The notes beneath the pieces were generated by a model. The model made no database searches. It was not told the DNA's origin and worked only from the letters and a program-made list of their open reading frames with translations. Shown here piece after piece: positions 50,611-64,000 of a stretch of DNA of 64,000 nucleotides (position 1 is the stretch's first letter; every line of letters begins with the position of its first letter). Both the position numbers and the translations under genes were made by a program. The DNA comes from Octopus sinensis (Eukaryota). The stretch spans positions 60,264,001 through 60,328,000 of the forward strand of contig NC_043003.1 in the NCBI RefSeq assembly GCF_006345805.1. The letters are read 5' to 3'.

Positions 50611-52969
50611 AGAATATATCTTTTTATTTCATAAAAAGTGGAATGTTACATTTGCGTTCTTTCAATGAATGCCTAATCTGATAGAAGGACACTTCGTAGA
50701 GATTAATGCCTTTCTGATATTTGAACATATTTTTCAAACCAAAATACTGTTTATGATATACAGCATACATTGATTCTTTTCCAGAACTAGAAAATTGATT
50801 AAACAATGTACTGGGACAATAAATAAAATTTTCTTATAGAAGGCCTGAAATGTATTGGAAATGAAACAAGAAATTAGTGATTTTCATGTTTTATTCAGGA
50901 TTATTTCTGAATATTTGATGGGAATAGATACAAAAACCTTAATTGAGATGTCGTACAAGATATGATTCATCTAGTGCTTGTATTTGTCGATATTATATCG
51001 CAGATTAAAGTAAGGGTTTCCTGTTCAGCCTTAAAAATCATACAATATCATTCAATAACCTTGAACTTATAGTAGCTATCTTATCTCATATATGGGCCCG
51101 TTTCTTCAAATCAACCGACAATATTTGTAGTGATGTCCATAAAATCCACTTTGGACTGCCATGTTTAATCAGCCCATCAAATTGTACGTACACGTATTTC
51201 CTCTACCATTAACAGAAAGAAAGAGGGAGAAAGGGAGAGAGAGAGAATAATTTCTGGATATACCGACTCCACCCAAGCCTACAATAATCAACTTAGTCGT
51301 GCAACTACGACTTACAATACTAAGGTTGAACACTAAAGAGCGTAGGGAATCTTGACTTTTTTTCGATATAGAAGAGTATTTCTTTGAAATTTCCTTCCTG
51401 TACATTTATTTCCCTAATTACTAACCCGAAGCAATTAAAACAAAACGTACCATCAATCACAAAATAAGCCAATTCTTCCAGTCATTCCCTCTAGGTAGAC
51501 TACAGAACCAAATCTTTCTTCTCTCTAACAGAAGATAAAGAGCGGTATTATTCCACGCATAGCATATAGTATTATACTGGTGCTGGGGATTGTAACTACA
51601 GCATACAATATAAATTTTTATTTTGTTTTCGTTTCGAAATATCTAACAATAGAAATCTGAAATAATTATAGTTTTTTTCTTTTATCTTTTTAAAATATAT
51701 TTTTTAAAGTCTCACAAAATAGCATTTCCGTTCCAATCTTTCCCGCCATCACAGCAAGAACATTTTCCTCCATTTCTTTCCGCGTTCTTTTTCTATCTTT
51801 TTTCTTATTGGAAAGACCAGGATTTACCTCTTCATATTTATGTATGCTTCTCCATGGAACTTCTTCTATCTTAGTCTCTTTTTCTCTCACTCTCTTCCTC
51901 TCTTAGTCATTCTCAATCTCTCTTCTTCTCTCTTTCTCTCTTAGTCCATCACTTCCTCTTTCAGTCTCTCGTTCGGTTCATCACCCTGTCTATTCCTCTC
52001 TCTCTCTCTCTCTCCCTCTTTCTCCCACACTCTCACTTTCTCTCTCTCTTTCCCCTCTTACTTATTCTCACAGTCTCACTCACTCTCTCCCACTTTCTCT
52101 CTTAGTGCCTCTCTCCATCTTACAGCCTCTCGCTCGCTCGGTCTCTATGTCTGCCTATATTGTCTCTCTCTCTCTTTCTCTCTGTATTTGCTTTTTCATG
52201 TGTTTCTGTCTGTCCGTTTGTCTGTCTGTCTGTCTGTCTGTTCATATCTTCCCAATAAAAAGTATTGTTCTGTATTGGCGTACGTAGATAGCTGAACGAA
52301 ACTAGTAACAAACCACCGCTTCCCTTAGCTTTAATAAAATATAAACTACATATCCCAATAAATACATTTAAAAAATTGATCGGCTTTCTTTTAGAAATAT
52401 GTCTCTTTGAAGACACTGCCAGGCTATTTCTTCCCGTATAATGTACCTGACTAAAATCACATGCAGTGTTTAGAGTCTTTTGCAAAGAACCTAGAATATG
52501 CTTATTTGAATTATCATGCTGATGTCGGAAGGTTTCCTTGATATATCGCTGCAATCTAAGCGTATACCTCTTCTTGTTAACGACAATTATAAATAATACC
52601 GCAAGCGGTTCTTGAGAATCATCATTCCTCCACCACCGCCGCCATCACCACCACTTTACTTCCCTTACACTCATGTGAGTTTATGAATATATAGATATTT
52701 GTATAAAAAAAATAAATATAACTTAAATGGTTTCGTAGAAATTCAGTATGCACATGACTACATGACATAGAAACACACACGTTAGCACACACAAACACAT
52801 ACTGACACAATGCATGTATATATATATTTGCGTGAATTAAGGCAAAAGCGGGAAAGAGAAGGAAAAAGACGAAAAATATGCATATACATGTGTGTGTGTG
52901 TGTATGTGTGAGTATATATATCTATACATACATGCATGTATGTATTATACGAAAGTCTGCTCACACATT

Positions 52970-53025
<56 letters not shown>

Positions 53026-53190
53026 CTCTCCCGGTTCCTCTCTCAATAACTCACTTTCTCGATGTTTATCTATCACTCTTACAGTTTGCTTCTCTCTCCT
53101 TTTCTCACTATACGCCTACATGAGATCCTTTCTCTTCAATATACATACATATAAGATATGAATACACACACGCACTCTCCACACTCATAC

Positions 53191-53222
<32 letters not shown>

Positions 53223-53976
53223 TGTATATATATATATACATATACATACATATGTGCGGACATTTATATATATATATACATATATATGTATATATATATA
53301 TATATATATAACACCTACATACATACACATATATACTCACACACACACATACACACACACATATATATATATATATATACATATATGCATATATGACGGC
53401 GCATTCGATATCCACATTTTTAGTGTGTAAATACCCACAGGTACGCAGTCATACATACATGCATATATATCAATGTATGCTATTCTTGTGGGAGGGGGTG
53501 TTTGCGGGTGAGTATGTGTGTGTTTGTGTGCGTGTGTGCGTGCGCGTACGAATGTGTGAATTCGGATTTATAATTGTATACTACGATTAGGCTTATCTCA
53601 CAAACATTCATGCCGATTCTCATGCGGGATTATATTAATCTATACGAGAAAATGTATCTGTCTATGAACTTCTATAAACCGGTTTCAAGCTGTATCACTT
53701 CAGCAATTTTTTTATACTCTCAACAAACAATTCGCTACAGGCATTTCATTAATAATAGTGTTGTTTGATACATACATACATAAATGCATAAATACATACA
53801 TACATACATACATACATGCATACATACATACATACATACATACACACATACAAGTGTGTGTGTGTGTGTCGCTAAATAGTAATAATTATAGTAAAAGAAA
53901 TCATTCCGACAGATCTGTAATCTTAGACGTACGAATACTTGATGTGGTCTTTAAATTATGATTATGTTCTACGAGG

Positions 53977-54308
53977 GTGGATGCACAATGGCTCAGTGGT
54001 TAGGGCAGCGGACTCGCAGCCGTAGGATCGCTATTTCGATTGCAAGACCGGGCTTTGTGAGTGTTTATTGAGCGAAAACACCTAAAGCTCCCCGAGGCTC
54101 CGGCAGAGGGTTGTGGTGAACCTTGCTGTACTCTTTCACCACAACTTTCTCTCCCTCTTTTTTCATGTTTCTGTTGTACTACGTTAAGGGTACTACGTTA
54201 AGGTCTGTGGAGTGCTCAACCACTGGTACGTTAATTTCACGATCAGGCTGTTCTGTAAATCGGATCAACTGGAACCCTCGTCGTAGTAACCGACGGAGTG
54301 CCAATCAA
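53977..54308 (+). mobile_element. tRNA-derived SINE, family C head with a different 3' region
   Basis: ATGGCTCAGTGGTTAGGGCAGCGGACTCG...AGACCGGGC...AGCGAAAACACCTAAAGCTCC...CACCACAACTTTCTCTC; internal 14-bp tandem duplication GTACTACGTTAAGG at 54176-54203. Confidence 0.8.
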
Positions 54309-54864
54309 TATTTGACGAGAGAAATATGTAGTTGGTGTTGTTCCGATGTTGTCTTTTCTTCTTTCTTTTTATAATGACCTAAGAATTATATCTATTACAA
54401 AAGATGTTTTGCTGTTGTGTACTTCAAGATTATTCCTGGTTAAGAATACATATGATTAAAATAATTTCAGTCATGATTATTCGACCATTGTTTATACCTT
54501 AATCTGTGAAAGCGCGTTCCCTGGTATCTAGAGTGCGGCAGTCATGATCGCAAGATCGTGTTTCTGACTTCAGGATCTGACACAGAGTCGTTGCTCTGCG
54601 TTCGCTAGGTGTTATGATTTGAAGAAAGATGTGTAAATGAATTTGTTGCATAAGCATTTGGTTATTAACAAATTATTCTTGCAAGATGCTCGGCAAGAAT
54701 TTATGAAACCATCATATATCGTTTATGACAGGAGTGAATATCTTCGGGATTTCGTCGTTCCATTGTTTCGTATACATGTAAATTGACTTACACATAAACC
54801 AACACATATACATATTACATATACAAAAATATACATAAATATATACATACATATATATATACAT

Positions 54865-54917
<53 letters not shown>

Positions 54918-55213
54918 CATGCTTACATACATACATACAAAAATACCCTGTTGTTGATGTTAAAATTCCAATGAAGGAACTTTGGATCTGGGTTAGAAAC
55001 CGGCTCTTTCTCTATTGGCAAGAAATCTTGAAATAAAACTGAACAATGACATACATACATACATACATACATACATACATACATACATACATACATACTT
55101 ACTTACATACATATATACATACATACATACATACATACATACATAGTTACAATATGTAAATTACAGTAGTAATCAAGTGGAAAAATATTATATGGAACTC
55201 AAAATTACTACAG

Positions 55214-55263
<50 letters not shown>

Positions 55264-55304
55264 TCTGTGTGTGTGTGTGCATGTGTGTATGTGTGTGTGT
55301 GTGT

Positions 55305-55517
55305 GTGTCTGTGTTTGTCCCCCAACATCGCTTGACAACCGGTGCTGATGTGTTTACGTCCCCGTAACTTAGCGGTTCGGCAAAAGAGACCGATAGAATA
55401 AGTACTAGGCTTACAGAGTATAAGTACTTGGGTCGATTCGCTCGACCAAAGGCGGTGCTCCAACTTGGCCGCAGTCAAATGACTGAAACACGTAAAAGAG
55501 TAAAAGAGAGAAAGAGT
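55305..55517 (+). mobile_element. SINE family A 3' half
   Basis: GTCTGTGTTTGTCCCCCAACATCGCTTGACAACC...GCAGTCAAATGACTGAAACACGTAAAAGAGTAAAAGAG. Confidence 0.9.
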
Positions 55518-56623
55518 AACACAGACGACCACCAATATGATAAATGTAAAACTGAGACTGATGCATTTTTTATTAAGCGGGCAATCATCGATTACAAACA
55601 ATAATTAATAATGACTGAAGAATTTGAACAACCGAAAGAACAAAATTCATACATAACTACATTGTCTACATTAAGAGACAATTGCACAAAAGAATGTTTA
55701 CCATACAAATTGTAAAAAAAAAAAAAAGAAAAAGAAGCGCCTAGCCAGATGTTGTTCGCGATAGATGAATTAGCTGAAGAACAGTTTGCAGAGATTAAAA
55801 ATCCCAACTTTTCGACATTAAATTTTCTGCGATTACCATAGGCCAACAGTTGGGTATTAGCGAGATAGATCATTGTCAGAAAAAACCAGCCAAAATGGAT
55901 TACCTCTCTTCACACACATATTGACAGTCTCAAGAGACATATTGGACTGCTAGGCACTATCATTATGTGCATAGTGGATTATAAATTCGCGAATCACCAG
56001 CTGTAACTTTATGATTAGTTATCCGAAGTCTATGGAAACCGTTGACATGAGACATTAACGGGCAAGGTAACAGCCCTTGAACATGAACTACAAGCGACAA
56101 GTAAATAATTTCATTATAGATACATCTGTTGGAAAAAAAACCCACCATCGTGCGCAAGTTTGCTAGAAACCTACTAGCGATATATCTCTGACATAAAGGG
56201 TTCTATCATCAAGATTGTGAAAGTCCCTGGTCTGGATGGTCTAGAGTCATTTGAGAAAGAATCTGGAGCGTAAACAAATACAACCTTGATGAAAAGTGGT
56301 TAAAAGTGCTGTGGAGGAAAGGCTGGGAAAACGTATCTCTCAAAACCTGCAATACCAACAATCAATCGCTTCTAAGTGTTGTTGCAAATTGCTGCCGGAA
56401 AAATCACTTGGGAGGGGCCTGGTAATTAGTTATTGATATAAAAACCCATTGGCAACCGGCCAGCCCTCATAAACATGTTCCTTAGAGCAGTACATGGTAA
56501 GCATGGTGTACCGGACTGTTTGGCGGCCACACGTACAAAAGCAGTGGTTCAAAACTAGTTGGCGCATGTGGTTTGAATGTAATGAATAAATTATACTGAC
56601 GTTGATTACATATATTTCTCTAG

Positions 56624-56723
56624 GATCACTGCGAAGCAAAAATGCGATGACTGAAGAGAGGCAGGGAAGAAGAAACGTTTCCTGTTTTGTCGAACAGCTC
56701 CTCACCAACGAAATTGTCCTTAA
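56624..56723 (+). other. Weak candidate internal exon (100 bp)
   Basis: Branch-like TACTGAC (56594-56600), TTTCTCTAG acceptor, one open frame (SLRSKNAMTEERQGRRNVSCFVEQLLTNEIVL), donor GTAAGC at 56724. No recognisable homology. Confidence 0.2.
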
Positions 56724-56942
56724 GTAAGCGAAACCGCATCGCCGAAACGTCTTGACTTGTTAAGATTTCAACTGAAAGTAATAGTCAATGCCGCTAAGAA
56801 TCTGACAACAACATGGGCCACTAAACAGATTTCCTGTATTGATTTTTGTCCTTGAAGTGAACCATCTGCCAGCTGTGTTGAGGAAATCTAAAGTTCTTCA
56901 CTTAGAGAACTAGAGAGACCAATTGTGTGTGTGTGTGTGTGT

Positions 56943-56992
<50 letters not shown>

Positions 56993-57534
56993 ATATAAAG
57001 GAGTAAGCCTCACTGAGGTGTTTGTACTTATATTGAATCAAAACAATATCTACAGTGTATGCTCAAAATATTGAGAAATCTGATGAGGAACACGTTTAAA
57101 AATAGGCGTACATACAGAAGCACACTTTAATGTGTGTGTAAATACAGACACACACACGCACTCACGCACATACATACACACACACATATGTATGTGACTG
57201 TGTGCGCATACAGACACGCGTGTATGAGTGTGTAGGCATGTATAGAAAGGCGGAGGTGAAACGGCACACAGCATAACTTGACACTCTCAATCTTGTTATG
57301 GAAATATAATTTGCGCCACGACGGAAATCTGAATTTTGTGGCATGTAACAGGATTTTGTTGAAATATAATCAAATTATACTCTTAAAATTGTAAACCACT
57401 CCCTATATATATATATATATATATATACAAACCCCCACCAGATATATATACACCATCTATTCACACATATTCTGATATCTCAAAATAATATATATATATA
57501 TATACATGCATATATTATTATTATTATTATTATT

Positions 57535-57576
<42 letters not shown>

Positions 57577-58164
57577 CTTGTTATTATTATATTATTATTA
57601 TTATTAATGAAATTCAGGAAATTTCATTTTCTGTCCTACAATTTGCTTTGCTTGAACCCAGAAGGATGGGTTTATATCTTTGTAAATTGTAGGTTACACA
57701 ATAATAAGTGAAACATATACATGCTTGTAATTCTAAACTTAGCATTCTCCTATGATTCAGAAACTCTAATAATTTTAGTTTTGTTCCCTGCGTGTATGAA
57801 TATACTCTAAAGTTTGGGGCGATTAATTAATTTATTAAATTTACCCACAAATATATATATCAAAAGCGACAAAATCTCCACCCTCTTATTGTATTCTGCT
57901 GGAAGCTTTTTTTCCTGTAACACAAAGATCACAGCTAAAGAGAAAATATAATATAACTGTGAAAATTAACTAATTCTAGCTTTACAACAGTAAAAATAAT
58001 AACATAAGCATTTCTTTATTTCTGCCTTTATTTATTTTATGAAACAAGGAAACACACAAGACGATTATTAAATCTTCCAGAAAAGTATGAATTTAAACAT
58101 TTTCGAATTCCTATATAGATGTATGCGTGAGCGTGAGCGTGAGCGTGAGTGTATGTGTATGTAC

Positions 58165-58166
58165 CA

Positions 58167-58199
<33 letters not shown>

Positions 58200-58243
58200 A
58201 TATATATATAATATATATATAATATAATGTATGTATGTATGTA

Positions 58244-58339
<96 letters not shown>

Positions 58340-58890
58340 TTGTGTTTCTATAGATGGATACATACATACACACATATAAGCCTATTGTACACGAACACAC
58401 AAGCGCGCGCACACACACATACATATATACATAACCTATATATATGTAAATATATATAAATATAAATTCTATTTACGGGTATATATATATACCATATATG
58501 TGTGTATATATACATATTTGTGTATGTATGTGTATATATATATATATATACTATATATACGTATATATATGTATGTATATATATATGTATATATATGTAT
58601 ATATATATGTATATATAATCCGATATATACATACATATATATATACATATATATATATATAATACTATATATATACATATATATATATATCATACATATA
58701 TATATATACATACATATACATACATATATATTTATATATATTTATATATATATATATATACATACATATATATATATATATATAAGACATATATATATAT
58801 TATATATATTATATATATATATATATAATATACATACATATATATATATAAGATATATATATATATATATATATTATATACGTAAATATA
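58165..58890. repeat. Long complex (TA)n microsatellite region
   Basis: Direct inspection. Confidence 0.95.
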
Positions 58891-59476
58891 TGTTTGTTAG
58901 ACTGTGAGTGAGTTAGTGGTTGGGTCTTCTGAAAATTATATGTCCCTACAAGATTTAATAAATATTGACTGGATTTGCTTCCAACATTATTGTATTATAA
59001 AATCGTAAATGGAAGACTAAACAAAAAATATATACCAATATTTCGAACTTGAACATATAGATATATTTATAGAAAGATAGGTCACAAAATAAAGGCAGAG
59101 ACTTGTGCGCGCGTGTTTGTGTATACGTTAGGAGTGCGTACATGCGTATATATGTATGTATATAAACATACATGTATATGTATCTATTATGAATAGAGTG
59201 CGTATATATGCACATCTGTGTATATACTCTTATACTTATATATGCATGTATATCAATATATACAATGCGTGTATATATAGTTTTCTATGGATGCTCACTC
59301 ACACACAGACTCTCTCTCACGCACACACTCACACACACACACACACACACACATTTATACATATATAATATATATCATATATATTTTAATAGTATACACT
59401 ATATATCTATAGACCACACAAACACAACACACACACATATATATATATATATACTTTATATACGTGTTATCTCTCT

Positions 59477-59518
<42 letters not shown>

Positions 59519-59576
59519 TCAATGCGTGTATATAAATGCATATGCATACACATATTTATACACAACACATATATAA

Positions 59577-59619
<43 letters not shown>

Positions 59620-59623
59620 TGTA

Positions 59624-59654
<31 letters not shown>

Positions 59655-59897
59655 AGATATGTGTGTATATGTGTGTGTGTTTGTGTAAGTGAGTGGGTAA
59701 GACAGGTGGAAGACAAGGATAAAAAAGAGTTAATGTGTTCGATGAACTGAGAGTTACTCGGTGCGAGAAACACAGGCACATCTTAACGCAATTTTTAACA
59801 TAATTTCACATCAAAATGAAACTAGTTCCACGTTATATTTAAGGAATATTTAATAGCAACAATAACCGTAAATATTCCACAGATATTTTGAATACTA

Positions 59898-60236
59898 AAG
59901 GGTAAAGACCCCCTTCGGTCATGAGTGACCATGGGTTTGCACCTAGAGAGTTACCCTCTGAGGCACAAGTCTGGGCAAGGTTGTTTTATGGAAGACCAGT
60001 AGTCGCCCATGCATACCGGCCTTCCCTCTCCACGCCACCAGTGTTATCCAAGGGAAAGACAAAGGTCGATACAGCTTGGCACCTGTGACGTCGCAACTCA
60101 TTTCTACAGCTGAATGAACTGGAGCAACGTGAAATAAAGTGTCTTGCTCAAGAACACAACACGCAGCCCGGTCCGGGATTCGAGATCACAACCTCGCGAT
60201 CGTAAGCTCGACGCTCTAACCACTGAGCCATGCGCC
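59898..60236 (-). mobile_element. tRNA(Arg)-like SINE family D, full length, 11-bp TSD
   Basis: Minus-strand head GGCGCATGGCTCAGTGGTTAGAGCGTCGAGCTTACGATCGCGAGG...TCGAATCCC (A box, ACG anticodon loop, B box), then CORE-like GTGTTCTTGAGCAAGACACTT...CAGCTGTAGAAATG. TSD TTTGAATACTA at 59887-59897 and 60237-60247. Confidence 0.92.
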
Positions 60237-60904
60237 TTTGAATACTATGCGATGGTTTATAGAGTACAATGCAATGTTTTATAGGGTACCATGGAATCAT
60301 GGTTCGTTTGAAATCGTATCCTTCTGGAAGAAGTTAGATTCTTGAAACCATGACAGTTTTACTTATTTTGCATTGAATGTGGAGTCATAATATAGAATAC
60401 TTTTGTAGAATATACTCCTTGTTATTTTGTAACAGTATTTAGGTTTTCGAACCACTCTGACCGCGAATAAATCGTGTTTTACATATATATATATATTGCC
60501 TTCGAAACACGCTATGTCTGCTAGCGAACAGCTGATGAAGGGGATTTTTCCTTGTGCAGCATGTCCTGTACTTCGTTTTCCTGCTGTACATAATTGTTTT
60601 TCCCGTTTTCGTTTCGTCTTGTTCCACGTCTCTGTCCTTCTGTTGTAACAAAATGGCTTTTCCGTTTTCGTTTCTGTTGATTTTTACGTCTTCTTGAGGT
60701 GTCCTGTACGTATATATATTTATATGCATGTATATACACATGTAGATGTCGGTACGTACATATATGTTTGTACGTATGCATATATTTTATTTATTACACT
60801 ATATATATATATATATACTTACAATGTTTAATAAAATGATGTAGCGTGAAACGATCGTACCAAATTACCGAAGATATACTTGTTGCTTACGTTGAATATA
60901 TGTA

Positions 60905-61037
<133 letters not shown>

Positions 61038-61160
61038 AAAGTACGATTTATTCGTGGTCAGAGTTGTTCGAAAACCGTAGTTCTACAGTGTTACTCTTTG
61101 CTTTTCTGCAAGTAATAAATAACTTAACTGCGGAATATTAATCATCGAAGATGTACTCTA

Positions 61161-61559
61161 TCTTTATATATAAAAGAGAAGTTGTGTGTCTGTCTCCTAC
61201 GATTTAGATTCCTAACTACTCCCACATTTTGCGGTGCAGTTTAACCAAAACCGGGTATCTTATAGTCGTGATTCATATCGAGCCCTTCTGGGTATTAGCG
61301 CGCGTCTACGATGAGTCTACGATTTAAAAAAAAAATTACTCTCATTTTTTTCCATTTTAATGCATTTTTTTGCTATTATATAAAGGAAGTAACTCTCTAA
61401 AAATGTTTACGATGAGTCAACAATTTTTAAAAAAATTTACCATCATTTTTTTTTCCATTTTTAATGCATTTTTTTGCTATTTTTTGGCTATAACTCTCTA
61501 AAAATGCTTATATAGTTATTTCCCTTACAAACCCGAGCAACGCCGGGCGATACTGCTAG
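61161..61559 (+). mobile_element. Non-autonomous Helitron with internal ~100-bp tandem duplication
   Basis: A|TCTTTATATATAAAAGAGAAGTTGTGTGT start; hairpin CCCGAGCAACGCCGGG (61532-61547), 8-nt spacer, CTAG|T end; no TSD. Confidence 0.85.
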
Positions 61560-62005
61560 TTTACTATAAATCTCTTTTGGGTATGAAACGTTTCATTGCA
61601 GCCATTTTCTTGTCTTCTCTATGGCATCACTGTTACGATGCTGACTTATTTGACATCAGATATTTCAATGTCTTTCGTTTTAATTTTCCTCTATATCTCC
61701 CATACGCAAACTCTCTCTCCCTCCCTGTGTCTCTCTTTCTTTCTCTCTGTCCCTCCATCTCTCACGCTCGCTTACTCACTCCCTGTGTGTGTGGGTATGA
61801 GTGTGTATGCTTATACGTAAGAACAAACGTCTCGATGCGCATGAAGAGAGGGAAAGTAATTATGTGAATCTTGTTTAAGTACGAACTTAATATGCTTCCC
61901 TTTCTCTCTTACTTATTCTATCAATATATGTATATTTATGCATGCGCGTACTTATGTTCGTGTGTACGTTTGTGTGTGCATGTATGTGTGTGTGTGAGCG
62001 TGTAC

Positions 62006-62044
<39 letters not shown>

Positions 62045-62070
62045 TATATATATATATATAATATATATAT

Positions 62071-62681
62071 ATTCTTTTACTCTCTTTTACTCTTTTACTC
62101 TTTTACAGTCATTTGACTGTGGCCATGCTGAAGCACTGCCTTCAGTCGAGCAAATCGACACCAGGACTTATTCTTTGTAAGCCTAGTACTTATTCTATCG
62201 GTCTCTTTTGCCAAACCGCTTGGTTACGGGGGCGTAAATACACCAGCATCGGTTGTCAAGCGATATTGGAGGGGGGGACAAATACAGACACACAAACATA
62301 TACACACACATACATATATATATATATATTCAAACAGCCGAAATTGCTAAGATGATCCGGTTCCGACTGAAGATTAGAGGCTTCGAGTGACCCGTCTGTT
62401 TTTTTGTGTCGTCTCTTTGTGTGTTTTTGCGTTCTTGTCCCACTTTGTAATTTATATTTTATATTTTATATTTGATTTATATATTATATAATATATATAT
62501 ATATAATATATATATATATATTACACATATATACGAGAGGCTTCTTTCAGTTTTCGTCTACCAAATCCACTCACGAGGCTATATTAGAAGACACTTGCCC
62601 AAGGTTCCACGCAGTGGGACTGAACCTGGAACCATGTGGTTCATAAACAAGCTACTTACCACACAGCCACTCCTATGCCTA
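62071..62681 (-). mobile_element. SINE family A interrupted by a ~150-bp insert in its internal microsatellite
   Basis: 3' half at 62071-62330, foreign sequence at ~62331-62480, 5' half at ~62531-62681. Confidence 0.85.
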
Positions 62682-62710
62682 CTTACTACACACACATATA
62701 TATGTTTGTG

Positions 62711-62882
<172 letters not shown>

Positions 62883-63627
62883 CCTACCTATCTACCTTCC
62901 TACATACATACATACTTACATAGATACATACATACATACATAAATACATATATACATACGTACACATGTATACAAACACATATATATATACCCACATATG
63001 TACACACTCACGCACACACAAGCACGCTCAGGTGTTTAAACTATGTAGAACAGTCTATATTTAGGAATAAAGCTGATGAATTACGCCATTACTGCACCAG
63101 TATTCTTATATCCATTCATTCGAAAAGGCCTGGCACGTTGTGTTTAAATTAGGTTACAATTAACGCAGCTTTCCCCTTTTTTTCATTGGTCATTTCTTTT
63201 GGTCAGAACGATATAAAAGTGTCGGGATGCAAAACATTAACTGTGCTCCGAATCACAACCAGTATATTTATGTTCTTGCCACCTGAATGAACACGTGTCA
63301 ATACGTATATACATGTAGACGTGTGGATGGGCGTAGCATTCACGTGCGTGCGTGTACACGTTGGTGTTGATATAGAAAAAAATCATAATAGCTCGTGATG
63401 CAAAGAACATAGAGTGAAAGCGTCCGTACATTAACCTAATGATATACTTGCCGGAACTCATCCCACTTCCCCTGTCTTTTAGAAAGGTATTAATGCCACC
63501 ATTTAACATTTTTTTTTCTTTAAAGTATAAACAAAAAGATCAATGCAGTGGTTGATTGTTGCAAGATGCAGAGTACGGGTAAATTTTGGTAAGTAGATAG
63601 GGATGTAACTATTATTTTTCATTTGTG

Positions 63628-63714
<87 letters not shown>

Positions 63715-63728
63715 GTTATTATTATTAT
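63628..63728. repeat. (TAC)n(TAT)n compound microsatellite
   Basis: Direct inspection. Confidence 0.95.
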
Positions 63729-63731
63729 GAA

Positions 63732-64000
63732 GCCGACGAGCTGGCAGAATCGTTAGCACACCGGGCGAAATGCTTAGCGGTATTTCGCCCGTCGCAACGT
63801 TCTGAGTTCAAATTCCGCCGAGGTTGACTTTGCCTTTCATCCTTTCGGGGTCGATAAATTAAGTACCGGTTATGCACTGGGGTCGATGTAATCGACTTAA
63901 TCCGTTTGTCTGTCCTTATTTGTCCGCTCTGTGTGTAGCCCCTTGTGGGTAGTAAAGAAATAGAAATGCGTATTTCGTCTGCCGCTACGTTCTGAGTTCA
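63732..64000 (+). mobile_element. SINE family B with a second body unit beginning (cut by window end)
   Basis: Full unit to ~63963, then restart at GTATTTCGTCTGCCGCTACGTTCTGAGTTCA. Confidence 0.9.

Noticed and set aside
56650-56757. CTGAAGA...CGAAACGTC as a hammerhead
   Set aside because: Neither stem I nor stem II can pair next to the core words.
60160-60236. tRNA-Arg(ACG) gene, and similar heads at 15480-15555 and 53977-54050
   Set aside because: A and B boxes are present, but the acceptor stem is incomplete and the heads continue into SINE bodies, two of them with clear TSDs.
63185-63260. CCAAT plus TATAAAAG promoter-like pair and E-boxes
   Set aside because: Short motifs expected by chance in AT-rich DNA; no associated exon found.

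Overview
AT-rich, repeat-dominated eukaryotic (animal) DNA with one 100-N scaffold gap (19473-19572). The SINE and microsatellite repertoire looks like Octopus (recognised from memory of octopus repeat families, not from a search). No multi-exon protein-coding gene can be supported, and almost every ORF in the supplied track is a microsatellite artefact. The window holds four or more tRNA-derived SINE families (my labels A-D, several copies with clear target-site duplications), two short non-autonomous Helitrons, a Tc1/mariner transposase remnant and a Penelope-like GIY-YIG remnant. The standout is a ~2.6-kb block (20902-23542) of ~3.9 near-identical ~591-596-bp tandem monomers. Each monomer encodes an intact type I hammerhead ribozyme on the minus strand (CUGAAGA / long stem II / GAAA / palindromic stem III / GUC). 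The block is capped by an inverted partial copy and sits inside (TA)n. This is the architecture expected of a Penelope-associated, circRNA-generating retrozyme. Weak candidates for a + strand first exon (ATG plus donor at 14105) and a second promoter-like island (~31020-31118) are also noted.
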